Source: Paludibacteraceae bacterium (GTDB lineage Bacteria > Bacteroidota > Bacteroidia > Bacteroidales > Paludibacteraceae). From it: a stretch of DNA of 64,000 nt. The notes under the pieces were generated by a model. It saw only the letters and a program-made list of their open reading frames with translations, did not search any database and was not told the DNA's origin. The translations under genes and the position numbers were made by a program. This document shows, one piece after another, positions 37,207 through 49,336 of the stretch. Within the stretch, counting starts at the first letter, position 1, and every line of letters begins with the position of its first letter. The stretch covers positions 5,479 through 69,478 of the forward strand of contig JAZUDI010000045.1 of the NCBI GenBank assembly GCA_045639525.1, read 5' to 3'.

Positions 37207-37240
37207 GAAAAGGGGGATTGGAGATGGTGGGTGTCCCCTC
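37207..37240 (-). terminator. Rho-independent terminator after the esterase gene
   Basis: On the minus strand, GGGGA-cacccaccatctccaa-TCCCC followed by CTTTT, starting 2 nt after the TAG stop. Confidence 0.6.
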
Positions 37241-37241
37241 T

Positions 37242-39528
<2,287 letters not shown>

Positions 39529-39616
39529 GAGATATTCGTTTGGCACAAATATAGGTAATTTGGTTTAGAGGAACGCTTCTTGGGGAGATTTTCGGATGAA
39601 ATAGTTGGTAAATTGT

Positions 39617-39624
39617 TAATTTTG
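39617..39624 (+). promoter_or_regulatory. -7 promoter box (TAATTTTG)
   Basis: A TAnnTTTG match 27 nt upstream of the ATG at 39652. Confidence 0.45.
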
Positions 39625-39651
39625 CGGTTGAGACAAATCCCGTGATGCGTG

Positions 39652-40653
39652 ATGAAACACTCCAACATCCCTATATTCATTCCCGAACTGGCGTGTCCGC
39701 ACCAGTGCATCTTCTGTAATCAGGCGAAGATCAGTGGGCAGCAGGAGATTCCGCAGCCAGAGGAGATTCCTGCCATTGTGGAGCAATACCTCTCCACGAT
39801 GAACGATGGCCGAGAAGTGGAGATCGCTTTCTTCGGCGGCTCCTTCACGGGGATTCCGATGGATTTGCAGGAGCGTTATCTACGGGAGGCCTTCCCTTAT
39901 GTGGAGCAGGGTAGGGTGCGTGGCATCCGTCTCTCCACCCGCCCCGATTACATCAGTGGCCCCGTTTTGGACCTCTTGGAACGCTACGGGGTGAAGACCA
40001 TCGAGCTGGGGGCGCAATCCACCAATGATGATGTCTTGTTGGCGTCGGGCAGGGGGCATAAGCGTGAGGCGATCTGGCAGGCGTCGGAACAGATCAGGCG
40101 TAGAGGCTTCCATTTGGGGCTTCAGATGATGATCGGATTGCCCCACGACAGCTACGAACGCTCCCGTCAGACGGTGGAGGATATCATCTCGCTCGGTGCG
40201 GACAATACCCGCATCTATCCCACCTTGGTGATCAAGGGAACCCAATTGGCGAAGCTGTATGAGATGGGGCGTTATGCTCCGCTTGACATGGCTACGGCTG
40301 TCTCGTGGGCTAAAGATTTCTACCTTCGTTTTGAGGAGGCGGGGCTTACGATTCTGCGCGTGGGGTTGCACGCTTCCGAGGAACTTACTCCTGAAAAATC
40401 GTTGTTGGCGGGACCTTACCATAGGTCATTCAAGGAGTTGGTGATGACGGAGGTCTGGCGAGATATTTTGAGGCGTGGCTTGTCCGATTATGCGGGGGAG
40501 AGCGTTCGATTGGCGGTACACCCTTCGCAAATCAATTTTGTGTGGGGCTATCAAAGGGCTAATGTAGCTTTGTTTGAAGAGATGAGGGTGACAGTGAAAG
40601 TGTTTGGAGACAATACTTTGGGAAAATATGAAATGCAGGTTAGCCGTTGTTGA
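39652..40653 (+). CDS. Radical SAM protein (ELP3/HemN-like family, function unknown)
   Basis: IPIFIPELACPHQCIFCNQ carries CxxxCxxC. A TIM-barrel-like core follows. Confidence 0.8.
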   Translation: MKHSNIPIFIPELACPHQCIFCNQAKISGQQEIPQPEEIPAIVEQYLSTMNDGREVEIAFFGGSFTGIPMDLQERYLREAFPYVEQGRVRGIRLSTRPDYISGPVLDLLERYGVKTIELGAQSTNDDVLLASGRGHKREAIWQASEQIRRRGFHLGLQMMIGLPHDSYERSRQTVEDIISLGADNTRIYPTLVIKGTQLAKLYEMGRYAPLDMATAVSWAKDFYLRFEEAGLTILRVGLHASEELTPEKSLLAGPYHRSFKELVMTEVWRDILRRGLSDYAGESVRLAVHPSQINFVWGYQRANVALFEEMRVTVKVFGDNTLGKYEMQVSRC

Positions 40654-40716
40654 CGCCCGGTGCGATGAGGGGATCGTGGATTGTCTCTCCGATTTTTCCG
40701 AAGAGGTTTTCCTCTT
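40615..40716. repeat. Left copy of a 102-bp direct repeat (radical SAM 3' end plus the first 29 codons of the downstream gene)
   Basis: ACTTTGGGAAAATATGAAATGCAGGTTAGCCGTTGTTGACGCCCGGTGCGATGAGGG... matches 41301..41402 with about 6-7 mismatches. Confidence 0.9.
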
Positions 40717-40729
40717 TTTTGTGTGGTAA
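40628..40729 (+). pseudogene. Truncated duplicate of the N-terminus of the 41314..42015 gene
   Basis: MKCRLAVVDARCDEGIVDCLSDFSEEVFLFFVW* compares with MKCRLAVVDARCDEGIVDRLADSSEEVFLFRSEG... in the intact copy. Confidence 0.75.
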
Positions 40730-40778
40730 ATAGATTAACAAAAAATATGTATATGATTGTTTGATTGATTATTTGTCG

Positions 40779-40786
40779 TATCTTTG
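40779..40786 (+). promoter_or_regulatory. -7 promoter box (TATCTTTG) inside the inserted segment
   Basis: A TAnnTTTG match 22 nt upstream of the ATG at 40809. A TTTG lies about 15 nt further upstream. Confidence 0.45.
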
Positions 40787-40808
40787 TGGAGGATAAATAT
40801 CAAATCAG

Positions 40809-41255
40809 ATGAATATTAGCAAACTAAAATTACTTGTGGCCATTGTTACGATGCCTATCGTTTTGTGTAGTTGTCCTGGCCATAACTGCGAGGAAGAGAA
40901 TGTACCAAAAGGTTACGTAGTTAGGATGAAAAATGATTATTCTGGGAATGTGATGGTAACCATGAATCTAAGTACAAAGGGAGACACTTCTTATTGTTGT
41001 ATCTCGAAGAATGATCACACGAAGGAAATAACAGAATATTATTTCAACATTCGGTCTGCCGTATATGAGGATATTGCCTATCTAAGTATATCTTCCTCTG
41101 AATGGGATGATAAATTTTTGGACTCGTTGTCCCTATATGTGATAGATACTGATCCGTTTGATGAGGTATATGCTTATTATAATAATTATGGCATCGATGA
41201 GTTGAAAGAATTTATTAAGAAAGATGAATGGCATAATCTAAAGAAGCTAAAATGA
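40809..41255 (+). CDS. Hypothetical lipoprotein (148 aa) on the AT-rich insert
   Basis: Signal peptide with lipobox VLCSC. Strongly AT-rich codon usage. No recognisable domain. Confidence 0.55.
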   Translation: MNISKLKLLVAIVTMPIVLCSCPGHNCEEENVPKGYVVRMKNDYSGNVMVTMNLSTKGDTSYCCISKNDHTKEITEYYFNIRSAVYEDIAYLSISSSEWDDKFLDSLSLYVIDTDPFDEVYAYYNNYGIDELKEFIKKDEWHNLKKLK

Positions 41256-41300
41256 AAACATTGCTGATTTTGTTGCGCTTAAAATAGAATCAATCGTAGT

Positions 41301-41402
41301 ACTTTGGGAAAATATGAAATGCAGGTTAGCCGTTGTTGACGCCCGGTGCGATGAGGGAATTGTGGATCGTCTCGCCGATTCTTCCGAAGAGGTTTTCCTC
41401 TT
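41301..41402. repeat. Right copy of the 102-bp direct repeat
   Basis: See 40615..40716. Confidence 0.9.
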
Positions 41403-42015
41403 CCGAAGCGAAGGGGTGACCTACGAATCGGTCTCTTGTCACCCAGATATATTCATCTACCAATCCTCGCATGATGTGGTGGTGGCGCCCAATGCACCGC
41501 AATCCTTGAAGGATCAATTGACGGCTTTGAGAATCCCTTATTTGGAGGGGAAGTCATTCGTAGGCGAGCGGCAGCAAGATTCCTGCTATTACAATTGTCT
41601 TGCGACGGAAGAGGCCTGCTTCCACCGGGAAGGATTCACTGATGAAGTGATCCTCTCTTTGAACCGGGGAAAGCGGATGGTGGCACTTCCCCAATCCTAT
41701 ACCCGTTGTTCCCTCTTCCCTCTGAGTGATGAGGCCTTCATCACCTCCGACGGAGGCGTTGCGAAGGTCTTGGCGCGGGAGGGGTACGACGTATTCCTTT
41801 TTGCTCCGCAAGAGATCCTCATTCCAGTACATGCTTATGGGTTCTTGGGTGGTACTTGCGGCAAGTTAGGCAACCAATTGCTTTTTATGGGTAACCCGTT
41901 GAGGCATAAGGATGGAGCGGCGCTCTGTCATTTTGTTGAGGCGCATGGCGTGGCGGTGGTGGCGTTGTCAGATGACTATCTTTACGATGGGGGCGGACTC
42001 TTTTTCTTTGAATAG
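41314..42015 (+). CDS. Conserved hypothetical protein (possibly a GME/amidinotransferase-fold family; uncertain)
   Basis: An intact 233-aa ORF with backbone-like GC content. In the ancestral arrangement its ATG overlapped the radical SAM stop by 26 nt. The fold guess is from memory only. Confidence 0.5.
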   Translation: MKCRLAVVDARCDEGIVDRLADSSEEVFLFRSEGVTYESVSCHPDIFIYQSSHDVVVAPNAPQSLKDQLTALRIPYLEGKSFVGERQQDSCYYNCLATEEACFHREGFTDEVILSLNRGKRMVALPQSYTRCSLFPLSDEAFITSDGGVAKVLAREGYDVFLFAPQEILIPVHAYGFLGGTCGKLGNQLLFMGNPLRHKDGAALCHFVEAHGVAVVALSDDYLYDGGGLFFFE

Positions 42016-42209
42016 TAGTATGATTTTTCTTTCTTGTAGGTCTATTGTAACGCTATACTTTGTAATTTCGCGGAAGGAAAGACGGAGTGAGGAACCGCTT
42101 CGTCAGTTGTGGATGCAATTGTTTTTGAACAGTTTTGGAGCAAGTCCAGCATTTCGCTACTGAACTCGACTCTTCAATTAATAATGTTTTATTAAAAAGG
42201 AGGTCTAAT

Positions 42210-42326
42210 ATGGGAGCTGCGGGTAACAAGAAACCGAAAGGCTCAAAGACAGGTAAACATGCGCCTGCCTATGAAGTCGAGGAGTCAAAGAACTCAAGTT
42301 CGCTTTTCAACAAAAAGAAGAAATGA
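42210..42326 (+). CDS. Candidate 38-aa Lys-rich small protein
   Basis: MGAAGNKKPKGSKTGKHAPAYEVEESKNSSSLFNKKKK*. An unusually strong AAAGGAGG lies 6 nt upstream of the ATG, and a hairpin plus T-run follows at 42352-42385. Confidence 0.35.
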   Translation: MGAAGNKKPKGSKTGKHAPAYEVEESKNSSSLFNKKKK

Positions 42327-42351
42327 TTTTTGTTTGAATGGGAAGATGAAG

Positions 42352-42385
42352 GGAGATGGTCACGGGGTGGCGATCTCCTTTTTTC
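42352..42385 (+). terminator. Rho-independent-like terminator
   Basis: GGAGAT-(15-nt loop)-ATCTCC followed by TTTTTTC. Confidence 0.5.
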
Positions 42386-42415
42386 TTCTAATATTATCCC
42401 CTTGTGGAATCGTTT

Positions 42416-42883
42416 CTATTCTTCGAGCGTTTGCCTCTTTGCTCTTGCATTTAAAAGATCTTTAACCGCACCTAATAAACCCATGAAAAGGATGACCTTA
42501 GGAATAGAAGAAAAATATCCTAACATAGTTTGCCCGTCGCCATGGAAATAGGTGTCAATGTCAATTGTGTCCATAAAGAATACAACATGCATAAAAATAA
42601 AGACCAGCGAAGATAGGCCGATAAAAGAATTTTTAGTCTTGCTTTTCAATGAAAGGACAACAAACAGAAGAAGCAGACCAATAAAAATGTAAAAGGTGCC
42701 ATTGAACGCGCTCTCCTCGTTCGCATACTTAGACATCAACAATTCAGATATCGTAGACATTAGCGCCAAACCCAATATGATAGGAAATGTAATAACTGTG
42801 CCTAAGAGAGAGATGATAAAACTAATGATAGTATATCGATAAGGAGATGCCTTTGACATCATACTTTGTTTTTCTTCAGTCAT
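42416..42883 (-). CDS. Hypothetical polytopic membrane protein (155 aa)
   Basis: Four predicted hydrophobic helices. AT-rich. No recognisable motif. Confidence 0.5.
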   Translation of the reverse strand: MTEEKQSMMSKASPYRYTIISFIISLLGTVITFPIILGLALMSTISELLMSKYANEESAFNGTFYIFIGLLLLFVVLSLKSKTKNSFIGLSSLVFIFMHVVFFMDTIDIDTYFHGDGQTMLGYFSSIPKVILFMGLLGAVKDLLNARAKRQTLEE

Positions 42884-42960
42884 ACCCTAATTTTTTATTA
42901 TACAACTTCGTTCGGAATAGAGCCGAATACCTAATGCGACAAAGATATTATTTTTTTTGC

Positions 42961-42994
42961 AAAAAAAAACGCCGAACGGATTTCGCTCGGCGTT
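42961..42994 (-). terminator. Rho-independent terminator after metG
   Basis: On the minus strand, AACGCCGA-gcgaaatccgt-TCGGCGTT followed by T9. Confidence 0.8.
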
Positions 42995-43015
42995 TCGATT
43001 TTATGATAGGGTGAG

Positions 43016-45076
43016 TTATCCTACTCTTGAACCGTTAGCCACCTTCTTGGAAACGGAGGTGACCACCAATTTACCGTCTTGATCCACGGCAGACATGATC
43101 ATACCTTGGCTCTCGATGCCCATCATCTTACGAGGTGGGAAGTTGGCCACGAAAAGGATCTGCAAGCCTACCAACTCCTCTGGATTAGGGTATGACTTCG
43201 CGATACCCGAAAGGATGGTGCGGCCGCCCAAACCGTCGTCGATTCTGAATTGGAGCAACTTGTCTGATTTTGGCACCTTTTGGCACTCCAAGATGGTACC
43301 TACGCGGATGTCCAACTTCGCGAAGTCGTCGATGGTGCTTTGTCCCTCGATAGGCTCTGGTTGCCAGTTGTTCTTCTCGTTCTCCTTCTTGATGTTCTCC
43401 AAACGTGTCATTTGCGCTTCGATGGCGTCGTCCTCGATCTTCTCGAACAACAACTCCGCCTTGCCCAATTGAGCGCCGGTAGGCAACAAATCGATCTTGC
43501 CCAATTGGTTCCAATCGAATGAACTCATGCCCAACATATTGCGCAACTTCTCGGAAGAGAATGGCAAGAATGGCTCGAACGCGATGGCGAGGTTGGCCGC
43601 GATCTGCAATCCGATGTGGAGAATGGAGGCGGTGCGGTCCATGTCGGTTTTAGCCAATTTCCAAGGCTCGGTTTCCGCTAAATATTTGTTACCGATGCGG
43701 GCTAAGTTCATCGCCTCCTTTTGCGCCTCGCGGAACTTGAAGTTGTCGAGCAGTTGCTCCAACTTCTCCTTCACGTCGGCGAACTCTTGGAGGGTAGCCT
43801 TGTCGTAGTCGGTCAACTCCTTCAAGGCTGGAACCTTTCCTTCGAAATATTTTTGGGTCAATACCAACGCACGGTTCACGAAGTTACCGTAGATGGCCAC
43901 CAATTCGCTGTTGTTGCGGGTTTGGAAATCCTTCCAAGTGAAGTCGTTGTCCTTGGTCTCAGGCGCGTTGGCGGTCAAGACATAACGGAGCGTGTCTTGC
44001 TTGCCAGGGAAATCCACCAAGTATTCGTTCAACCACACGGCCCAGTTGCGGGAGGTGGAGATCTTATCGCCCTCTAAGTTGAGGAACTCGTTGCTTGGCA
44101 CATTATCAGGAAGGATGTAGCTGCCCTCTGCCTTCAACATGGCAGGGAACACGATGCAGTGGAACACGATGTTGTCCTTTCCGATGAAGTGGATCAAACG
44201 GGTATCCTCGTCCTTCCACCACTTCTCCCAGTTGCCGTATTTCGCAGGGTTGGCGTCGCAAATCTCCTTGGTGTTGCTGATGTAGCCGATAGGGGCGTCA
44301 AACCATACGTAAAGTACCTTGCCCTCCGCACCCTCTACTGGGACTGGGATACCCCATTCCAAGTCGCGGGTCACCGCACGTGGCATCAAATCCATATCCA
44401 ACCAGCTCTTGCATTGACCATAAACATTAGGTCTCCACTCTTTGTGGTTGTTCAAGATCCAATCCTTCAACCAATCTTGGTGCTTGTTCAAAGGCAAGTA
44501 CCAGTGCTTGGTGCTCTTGAGAACTGGTTTCGCACCTGACAATTGGCTGACAGGGTTGATCAACTCCTCTGGGGAAAGGGCGCTACCGCACTTCTCGCAT
44601 TGGTCGCCGTATGCGCCTTGCGCGTGGCAGCGCGGACATTCGCCTACGATGTAACGGTCGGCCAAGAATTGCTTCGCCTCCTCGTCGTAGTATTGCTCGC
44701 TCTCTTGCTCCACGAACTCTCCTTTGTCGTAAAGGGTGCGGAAGTAGTCCGAAGCCAACTTGTGGTGGATGTCCGAAGTGGTGCGTGAATAGACATCGAA
44801 TGAGATGCCGAACTCCTTGAAGGAGTCTTTGATGATCTTATGGTAGCGGTCCACCACGTCTTGTGGGGTGATGCCCTCTTTTCTGGCGCGGATGGTGACA
44901 GGCACACCGTGCTCATCCGAACCGCCGATGAAGATCACCTCCTCGCCCTTCAGACGAAGGTAGCGCACGTAGATATCCGCAGGCACGTATACACCGGCCA
45001 AGTGTCCGATGTGGACGGGGCCGTTGGCGTATGGAAGCGCGGATGTGACAGTTGTTCTTTTGAATTTCTTGTCCAT
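43016..45076 (-). CDS. metG: Methionine--tRNA ligase (with C-terminal tRNA-binding domain)
   Basis: [17 protein letters not shown] (HIGH), KISTSRN (KMSKS-like), a CxxC...CxxC zinc knuckle, and a C-terminal EMAP/Trbp111-like domain. The start was trimmed to 45076. Confidence 0.95.
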   Translation of the reverse strand: MDKKFKRTTVTSALPYANGPVHIGHLAGVYVPADIYVRYLRLKGEEVIFIGGSDEHGVPVTIRARKEGITPQDVVDRYHKIIKDSFKEFGISFDVYSRTTSDIHHKLASDYFRTLYDKGEFVEQESEQYYDEEAKQFLADRYIVGECPRCHAQGAYGDQCEKCGSALSPEELINPVSQLSGAKPVLKSTKHWYLPLNKHQDWLKDWILNNHKEWRPNVYGQCKSWLDMDLMPRAVTRDLEWGIPVPVEGAEGKVLYVWFDAPIGYISNTKEICDANPAKYGNWEKWWKDEDTRLIHFIGKDNIVFHCIVFPAMLKAEGSYILPDNVPSNEFLNLEGDKISTSRNWAVWLNEYLVDFPGKQDTLRYVLTANAPETKDNDFTWKDFQTRNNSELVAIYGNFVNRALVLTQKYFEGKVPALKELTDYDKATLQEFADVKEKLEQLLDNFKFREAQKEAMNLARIGNKYLAETEPWKLAKTDMDRTASILHIGLQIAANLAIAFEPFLPFSSEKLRNMLGMSSFDWNQLGKIDLLPTGAQLGKAELLFEKIEDDAIEAQMTRLENIKKENEKNNWQPEPIEGQSTIDDFAKLDIRVGTILECQKVPKSDKLLQFRIDDGLGGRTILSGIAKSYPNPEELVGLQILFVANFPPRKMMGIESQGMIMSAVDQDGKLVVTSVSKKVANGSRVG

Positions 45077-45191
45077 ATTATCGTTTAAATTATTTGTTTC
45101 CTCGTATGATAACAATGACGCAAATTTACAAAAAATAGATCTTTAAGACAATAAATATTCCTCTAATCGTTTGAAGTGAAAAATAATTGCC

Positions 45192-45199
45192 TATATTTG
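45192..45199 (+). promoter_or_regulatory. -7 promoter box (TATATTTG) for pnp
   Basis: A TAnnTTTG match 43 nt upstream of the ATG at 45243. Confidence 0.45.
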
Positions 45200-45242
45200 T
45201 GAAATATATTTTGATGTTTTTTAGACGAATAAAGAAAAAAAG

Positions 45243-47387
45243 ATGAACGTAATTACAAAGACGATTGCTTTGCCTGATGGCCGTACGATCTCTATCGAGA
45301 CAGGTAAATTGGCGAAGCAAGCTGACGGATCAGTTGTAGTTAGAATGGGTAACACCATGTTGTTGGCTACGGTTTGTTCAGCGAAGGATGCAGTACCGGG
45401 AACGGATTTCATGCCGTTGACGGTTGAGTACAAAGAAAAGTTTGGTGCGTACGGACGTTTTCCGGGCGGTTTCACCAAGAGAGAGGGAAAGGCTTCTGAC
45501 TATGAAATCTTGACGGCTCGTTTGATCGACCGTGCTCTCAGACCTTTGTTCCCTGATAATTATCACGCAGAGACATTTGTGAATGTCCTTATGATTTCCG
45601 CTGACGGTGTGGATCAACCAGACGCTTTGGCTGGTCTTGCTGCTTCCGCAGCCCTTGCGGTTTCAGACATTCCGTTTAACGGCCCAATCTCCGAGGTTCG
45701 TGTGGCTCGTGTCGACGGCAAGTTTGTGATCGACCCGACTTTCGAGCAATTGGCGAAGGCTGATATGGATTTGATGGTAGGTGCCACTTATGAGAACATC
45801 ATGATGGTGGAGGGTGAGATGGATGAGGTTTCCGAGCAAGACCTCTTGAACGCTTTGAAGGCGGCTCACGATGCTATCAAGCCAATGTGTATCGCGCAAA
45901 AAGAGTTGATGAAGGAGCTTGGTACAGAGACCAAGCGTGAATATTGCCACGAGGAGAACGACGAGGCATTGGAGAAGGACGTTTGGGATAAGTGCTACCA
46001 AAAGGCTTATGCTTTCGCTACTTCAGCCAATACCGACAAGCACGACCGCGAGGCTAAGTTCGCTTCCGTTAAGGAGGAGTACATCGCGTCTTTGAACCTC
46101 TCTGACGAGGAGTTGGAGGCTAAGGCTGGTATGATCGATCGTTACTATCACGCTGTTGAGAAGGAGGCTATGCGTCGTTCTATCTTGGACGAGGGCAAGC
46201 GTCTTGACGGACGTGCTACAACAGATATCCGTCCAATCTGGTGCGAGGTGGGTTACCTTCCTGGCCCTCACGGATCATCTATCTTCACCCGTGGTGAGAC
46301 TCAATCTTTGACTACTTGTACTTTGGGTACCAAGCAAGATGAGAAACTCGTTGACGAGGTGCTTACCCACGGTAAGGAGAGATTCTTGTTGCACTACAAC
46401 TTCCCTCCATTCTCTACAGGTGAGGCGAAGGCGCAACGTGGTGTAGGTCGTCGTGAAATCGGTCACGGTCACTTGGCATGGCGTGCGTTGAAGGGTATGA
46501 TCCCTGCTGATTACCCATACGTGGTACGTGTCGTTTCAGATATCATGGAGTCTAACGGTTCCTCTTCAATGGCTACTGTCTGCGCCGGTACATTGGCGTT
46601 GATGGATGCAGGTGTGAAGATCAAGAAGCCAGTTTCCGGTATCGCTATGGGTCTTATCACTGACAAGGGTAATGTGAAGTATTCAGTGCTTTCCGATATC
46701 TTGGGTGATGAGGATCACTTGGGTGATATGGACTTCAAGGTAACAGGTACAAGAGATGGTATCACCGCTACTCAGATGGATATCAAGGTAGACGGTCTTT
46801 CATACGAGATTTTGGAGAAGGCGTTGAACCAAGCGAAGGCTGGCCGTATGCACATCTTGGATAAGATCCAAGAGACTATCGCTGAGCCACGCGAGGATCT
46901 CAAGCCACACGCTCCACGTATCGTGGCATTCGATATTCCAAAGGAGATGATCGGTGCTGTGATCGGCCCTGGTGGAAAGATCATCCAAGACATCCAAGAG
47001 AAGTCAGGCGCTACCGTTTCTATCGAGGAGACAGATGGCAAGGGCCGCGTAGAGGTGGCTGCTACCAACAAGGAGTCTTTGGACGCCGCAGTATCCCGTA
47101 TCAAGGGTATCGTTGCTGTTCCTGAGGTAGGTGAGACCTACGAGGCTAAGGTGAAGTCAATCATGCCTTACGGTGCATTCGTTGAGTTCATGCCTGGCAA
47201 GGAGGGCTTGCTCCACATCTCTGAGATTGAGTGGAAACGCATTGAGAAGATGGAAGATACAGGCATGAAGGAGGGTGATATGATCACCGTTAAGTTGCTT
47301 GATATCGATGCTAAGTCTGGCAAATTCAAGTTGTCTCACAAGGCATTGCTTCCACGTCCACAACGCGAGGAGAAGGCTGCGGAATAA
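45243..47387 (+). CDS. pnp: Polyribonucleotide nucleotidyltransferase (PNPase)
   Basis: Two RNase PH-like domains ([16 protein letters not shown]), a KH domain ([13 protein letters not shown]) and an S1 domain (YGAFVEF). Confidence 0.95.
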   Translation: MNVITKTIALPDGRTISIETGKLAKQADGSVVVRMGNTMLLATVCSAKDAVPGTDFMPLTVEYKEKFGAYGRFPGGFTKREGKASDYEILTARLIDRALRPLFPDNYHAETFVNVLMISADGVDQPDALAGLAASAALAVSDIPFNGPISEVRVARVDGKFVIDPTFEQLAKADMDLMVGATYENIMMVEGEMDEVSEQDLLNALKAAHDAIKPMCIAQKELMKELGTETKREYCHEENDEALEKDVWDKCYQKAYAFATSANTDKHDREAKFASVKEEYIASLNLSDEELEAKAGMIDRYYHAVEKEAMRRSILDEGKRLDGRATTDIRPIWCEVGYLPGPHGSSIFTRGETQSLTTCTLGTKQDEKLVDEVLTHGKERFLLHYNFPPFSTGEAKAQRGVGRREIGHGHLAWRALKGMIPADYPYVVRVVSDIMESNGSSSMATVCAGTLALMDAGVKIKKPVSGIAMGLITDKGNVKYSVLSDILGDEDHLGDMDFKVTGTRDGITATQMDIKVDGLSYEILEKALNQAKAGRMHILDKIQETIAEPREDLKPHAPRIVAFDIPKEMIGAVIGPGGKIIQDIQEKSGATVSIEETDGKGRVEVAATNKESLDAAVSRIKGIVAVPEVGETYEAKVKSIMPYGAFVEFMPGKEGLLHISEIEWKRIEKMEDTGMKEGDMITVKLLDIDAKSGKFKLSHKALLPRPQREEKAAE

Positions 47388-47409
47388 TCCGTAACCTATC
47401 ACAATAGCA

Positions 47410-47446
47410 AAGGAGATCATCCGAAAGGGTGGTCTCCTTTTTCTTT
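47410..47446 (+). terminator. Rho-independent terminator after pnp
   Basis: AGGAGA-tcatccgaaagggtgg-TCTCCT followed by TTTTTC. Confidence 0.7.
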
Positions 47447-47510
47447 GAGCAACATTCAATACAACCTTGATTGTGTGATGGCTTTGTAGATAGATGACGG
47501 TTGTGATCTT

Positions 47511-48449
47511 CTACCCAATAATGGATTGAATCACCTCCTCTGTCATTTGTAATCGTTCACTGATTTCTTTCGAGGACATTCCGCTACTGAAAAGTAATCG
47601 TACGGTGGCGTCTATGCCTTGTTGGATGCCTTGTTGGATGCCTTGTTGGATACCCTCCATGCGACCCTCGTTCAATCCCTCCCAGCGTGCGTTGCCCAAT
47701 ACATCGTTCTCTACCCGAACAGCATCCATGTGGCGTTCGTAAGCATGCTTTTCCGCCTCCGACATGGTGAGATAACGCAACTTTTCCTTAGCTTCGCTAA
47801 GGCCTGGTGTTTGGGTGTCCTCTTTGATGACACCTGACTTTAGGTAGTCCATCCACTCCTCCAAAGGGGTAGAGGCGTGGTCGTTGAACTCATTGACGCG
47901 AATGACATAGAATTCCGGGAACACTTCGGTCGGATCCTTCATGGGGCGATAATCCAATGCCTCGTCTGGGAGATTCATGGCTTTCTGCTCTTTAGCGGAA
48001 ACGGTAAGGATATCGTGATTGTGAACGCCTACCAATTTCGTTTGGCCATAGTAGAGATAGTCCGATCCTTTTCCGAGGTCGAAATAGACCACACTGATGG
48101 AAATCACTTTGCGGATTTTGTAGTAATCATCGCCGATGTGCAATTGTTCGGTGATAGCTTTGGCTGTGCCATAGACAATCCGTTCCAAATAGTGGACTTG
48201 TTTGGTCAACTGGACCTCGATGATGTAGATTTCTCCCTTCTCATTTCTTGCCTTGACGTCCACGCGGTTGAACTTGTCCAAGGCATTTTCCTGATTGCTT
48301 TCGCTCTCAAGAATGGCCTCGATTTTCACCTTTTCGCCAGTGAATACACTGATAAAACCCTCCAACACCGCATGGTTGGCCTTCTCCCTGAGCATCTTCT
48401 TGATAGCCCAGTCGAATCGAACGAATTCGTTTGATGCTTTCATAAACAA
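47511..48449 (-). CDS. Rpn-family recombination-promoting nuclease / PD-(D/E)XK putative transposase
   Basis: FDWAIKKMLREKANHAVLEGFI..., DVKARNEKGEIYIIEVQ (PD-ExK core) and the C-terminal EGxxEG/GIQQ repeats are typical of the family. Confidence 0.8.
   Translation of the reverse strand: MFMKASNEFVRFDWAIKKMLREKANHAVLEGFISVFTGEKVKIEAILESESNQENALDKFNRVDVKARNEKGEIYIIEVQLTKQVHYLERIVYGTAKAITEQLHIGDDYYKIRKVISISVVYFDLGKGSDYLYYGQTKLVGVHNHDILTVSAKEQKAMNLPDEALDYRPMKDPTEVFPEFYVIRVNEFNDHASTPLEEWMDYLKSGVIKEDTQTPGLSEAKEKLRYLTMSEAEKHAYERHMDAVRVENDVLGNARWEGLNEGRMEGIQQGIQQGIQQGIDATVRLLFSSGMSSKEISERLQMTEEVIQSIIG
47616..47651. repeat. 12-bp tandem repeat x3 inside the Rpn-family gene
   Basis: GCCTTGTTGGAT x3, perfect, encoding (GIQQ)3 on the minus strand. 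Confidence 0.9.
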
Positions 48450-48541
48450 AACTTTTTATAGATTTAATAATTTTGATGATAATACTATGCAAATATAGTG
48501 ATTTAACACTTGACGAAATGGATTTGACGCGATTTTTTTGT

Positions 48542-48549
48542 TAATTTTG
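48542..48549 (+). promoter_or_regulatory. -7 promoter box (TAATTTTG) for ubiE/menG
   Basis: A TAnnTTTG match 43 nt upstream of the ATG at 48593. Confidence 0.45.
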
Positions 48550-48592
48550 TGGTCACACACTCGATGTGAGGTGTGCATAAGGGTTAATTCCA

Positions 48593-49333
48593 ATGTCAGA
48601 TTACAAATGCGAGAAGGTGCTTCCCTACGAATCGGCAGGGAGCAAAACCGAACAGATTTCCGAGATGTTTGATCATATTGCCAGACAATATGACAAGATG
48701 AACCACTTGATGTCCTTGGGGCAGGATAGGGCATGGCGTCGTAAGGCGATCGATGCCTTGGCAGACCGACGCCCTCAGCGTGTCTTGGATGTGGCCACGG
48801 GTACAGGCGACTTTGCCATTGACATGACTCAACGGCTTTGCCCTAAACGTGTTTTAGGCGTTGATATATCCGAAGAGATGATGAAGGTGGGTGCGGAGAA
48901 GGTGGCTGCCATGGGACTCTCCGATGTGGTGAGTTTCGAGAAGGGCGACTCCTTGGATCTGCACTTGGAGGATGGCTCTTTCGATGCTGTGACGGTGGCT
49001 TTCGGCGTCCGCAACTTCTCCAGCCTGGAGAAGGGCCTTCGCGAGATCAACCGTGTTTTAGTTCCCGGTGGCGCCCTGGCGATTTTGGAAATGACGGAGC
49101 CTAACAATCCTATCTTGCATGTAGGTTATAAGATATACACCAAAATCTGTTTGCCGATCATGGCACGCTTCATCGCCAAGGATTTGAAGGCATACGATTA
49201 TTTGCCTGCCTCCATCCAGGCCTTTCCGAAGGATGATGAGATGCGGGCTTTGTTGAAGCGCTGTGGTTTCTCTTCGGTAGATATCAAGAAATTCACGATG
49301 CAGACCTGTTCTTTCTATTTAGCGTGTAAATAA
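48593..49333 (+). CDS. ubiE: Demethylmenaquinone methyltransferase (UbiE/MenG)
   Basis: MFDHIARQYDKMNHLMSLGQDRAWRR and VLDVATGTGD (SAM motif I) are present. Confidence 0.9.
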   Translation: MSDYKCEKVLPYESAGSKTEQISEMFDHIARQYDKMNHLMSLGQDRAWRRKAIDALADRRPQRVLDVATGTGDFAIDMTQRLCPKRVLGVDISEEMMKVGAEKVAAMGLSDVVSFEKGDSLDLHLEDGSFDAVTVAFGVRNFSSLEKGLREINRVLVPGGALAILEMTEPNNPILHVGYKIYTKICLPIMARFIAKDLKAYDYLPASIQAFPKDDEMRALLKRCGFSSVDIKKFTMQTCSFYLACK

Positions 49334-49336
49334 ATA

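Noticed and set aside
42210-42326. The small Lys-rich ORF might be ribosomal protein THX, which Bacteroidota encode.
   Set aside because: The sequence does not resemble the THX pattern (MGKGD...RGK...G.YGK.RP...) beyond being short and basic. It is kept only as a low-confidence hypothetical small ORF.
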